From the NCBI GenBank assembly GCA_015257795.3, contig CP072208.2:1-32000 (forward strand): 32,000 nt of DNA, given 5' to 3'. The translations under genes and the position numbers were made by a program. The stretch comes from Candidatus Nanogingivalaceae bacterium (lineage in GTDB: Bacteria; Patescibacteriota; Saccharimonadia; Saccharimonadales; Saccharimonadaceae). Below are positions 30,871 to 32,000 of the stretch, one piece after another (the first letter of the stretch is position 1; each line of letters starts with the position of its first letter). The notes beneath the pieces were generated by a model, which did no database searches, had not been told where the DNA came from, and saw only the letters and a list, made by a program, of their open reading frames with translations.

Positions 30871-32000
30871 TTATTTTTTAGGATTTTTCTTCTTCTTTTT
30901 AAGGATGAGTGCAATCGCTGGGGTAATAGTTGCAGTAATTAGGACGGTAAGAACTAGAAGATTATTCTGTTCGTCTTGTTTTTTCTTATCTTCTCGCAAG
31001 AACCCTGTTTCTGGTGAATTGATACGCTGATTTTTAACTTCAGGGTTATGTTTTTCTTCTGCTGGTTTAGAATTGTCAGCTTCAGCTTTTTTAGCAGCGA
31101 TTAATTCTTTAATTTTTTGAAGTTTTTCGGTTAATTCTTTACGCTTATTTTCATCTTTAACTTTCGAAATCAAATTCTCGGCATTAGCAATCTCTGAATT
31201 AATGTCTTCAAGCTTATTGTCATCAAGATTTTTCTGGATATTTTCTAGAGAATTATCTGCTTTTTTCTGATTTTCAGCTTCTTTATTAAGCAGCTCTTTA
31301 ATCTTATTATTTAGGTTATCAGCCGCAGTTTTTATTTCTTCTTCTGTAGTTAAAGGTTTATCGATTAACTGTTTCGCGTCATCAATTAAACTTTCCGATA
31401 TATCATTTTTAATATAATCTGGCTGATTATCTAAATTCTTGAGCGCATCTTTAACTGGATCGCGCGAGATTGTTCCAAAAATAAGGTGGAATTTAACAGT
31501 AGTTGAATTTCCATATTCATTGATTGCGGTTGAAGTTATGATGAAATCACCTTTTAGCTGATTTTCTTGATTATTTAAAACTTCGTCGGCGTCATTTCCG
31601 AATAGGATAACTCTAGATGTGTCACTTGTTGCGTAATAGCCTGATGTTTTTGAAATTTCGGTTCGTAAACTCTCTTTAAGATTGTCCAAAACTGATTTTG
31701 TTAATTTTGTAGAGGTTTTATCGAAATTTAATGTTGTGTTTTCTGTGAGCGGAGTGTCTTCAAATTCAATTACTGGTTTTTCGGCAGAATTTACATCAAT
31801 TCCCTCAACTGTAATTGTGGATTTACTGAAATTCAAATTGAATTTATTTCCACTCGGTAGTGTATTATTTTTTTCGTGAACTTCAAAATTATAATTGCCT
31901 TTTAAAACAGGTTTAATAATCTTAACATACCCGCCATCTTGTTTAGGATTTCCATCGGCATCAGTATTAACGAAGTTCTCGTTTTCTTCAATTGGCATAG
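30871..32000 (-). CDS. Cell-surface coiled-coil protein with LPXTG-like C-terminal sorting signal (probably 5'-partial at the window edge)
   Basis: The reading frame is open to the window end; the first Met in the window is at 31998. It has a beta-rich N-terminal part and a K/E/N-rich coiled coil. The C-terminus is SPETG, then a 14-aa polar spacer, a hydrophobic helix LLVLTVLITATITPAIALIL, and a KKKKKNPKK tail. Confidence 0.6.
   Translation of the reverse strand, partial: MPIEENENFVNTDADGNPKQDGGYVKIIKPVLKGNYNFEVHEKNNTLPSGNKFNLNFSKSTITVEGIDVNSAEKPVIEFEDTPLTENTTLNFDKTSTKLTKSVLDNLKESLRTEISKTSGYYATSDTSRVILFGNDADEVLNNQENQLKGDFIITSTAINEYGNSTTVKFHLIFGTISRDPVKDALKNLDNQPDYIKNDISESLIDDAKQLIDKPLTTEEEIKTAADNLNNKIKELLNKEAENQKKADNSLENIQKNLDDNKLEDINSEIANAENLISKVKDENKRKELTEKLQKIKELIAAKKAEADNSKPAEEKHNPEVKNQRINSPETGFLREDKKKQDEQNNLLVLTVLITATITPAIALILKKKKKNPKK

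Noticed and set aside
1-32000. Search for CRISPR arrays, rRNA genes, transposases/IS elements, integrases and relaxases.
   Set aside because: No regularly spaced direct repeats, no rRNA-like sequence, and no ORF with DDE, tyrosine- or serine-recombinase or relaxase motifs was seen by eye on either strand.

Overview
This is a low-GC bacterial chromosome start using the standard genetic code. It opens with dnaA (1-1359), a 488-bp DnaA-box-rich oriC-like spacer, then dnaN and recF.

From about 4.0 to 20.1 kb lies a compact, Gram-positive-style type IV secretion (T4SS)-like locus:
- A tightly coupled minus-strand operon encodes a PrgI/VirB3-like protein with a Q/N/P-rich extension, a 261-aa soluble partner, a VirB4 ATPase, a 1039-aa polytopic protein ending in an M23 peptidase, a 586-aa secreted lysozyme + SGNH + C39-like hydrolase, and a 195-aa bitopic protein.
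- A separately terminated 900-aa VirB6/TrbL-like gene lies upstream of that operon.
- Transcribed divergently from the VirB6-like gene are six tandem small two-helix VirB2/TrbC-like pilin paralogs.

No relaxase, VirD4-type coupling ATPase, VirB11, integrase or transposase is visible in the window. The locus therefore looks like a chromosomal, non-conjugative T4SS variant, and it is the most interesting system here.

The remaining 12 kb carries Hsp20, a ComFC-like protein, tRNA-Ser(UGA), tRNA-Arg with an unusual GCG anticodon, a PdaC-like polysaccharide deacetylase and tRNA-Ser(CGA). It also carries a small membrane protein, an MmeI-family single-chain type IIL restriction-modification enzyme, a PGI/PMI-type SIS isomerase, an MBL-fold hydrolase, hypothetical membrane and acidic proteins, and a partial coiled-coil surface protein.

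Extended -10 (TGnTATAAT) promoters and clean intrinsic terminators are frequent. Gene content suggests a reduced-genome Patescibacteria/CPR (Saccharibacteria-like) organism, but that taxonomic call is inference only. No CRISPR array, rRNA or recognisable mobile element was found.
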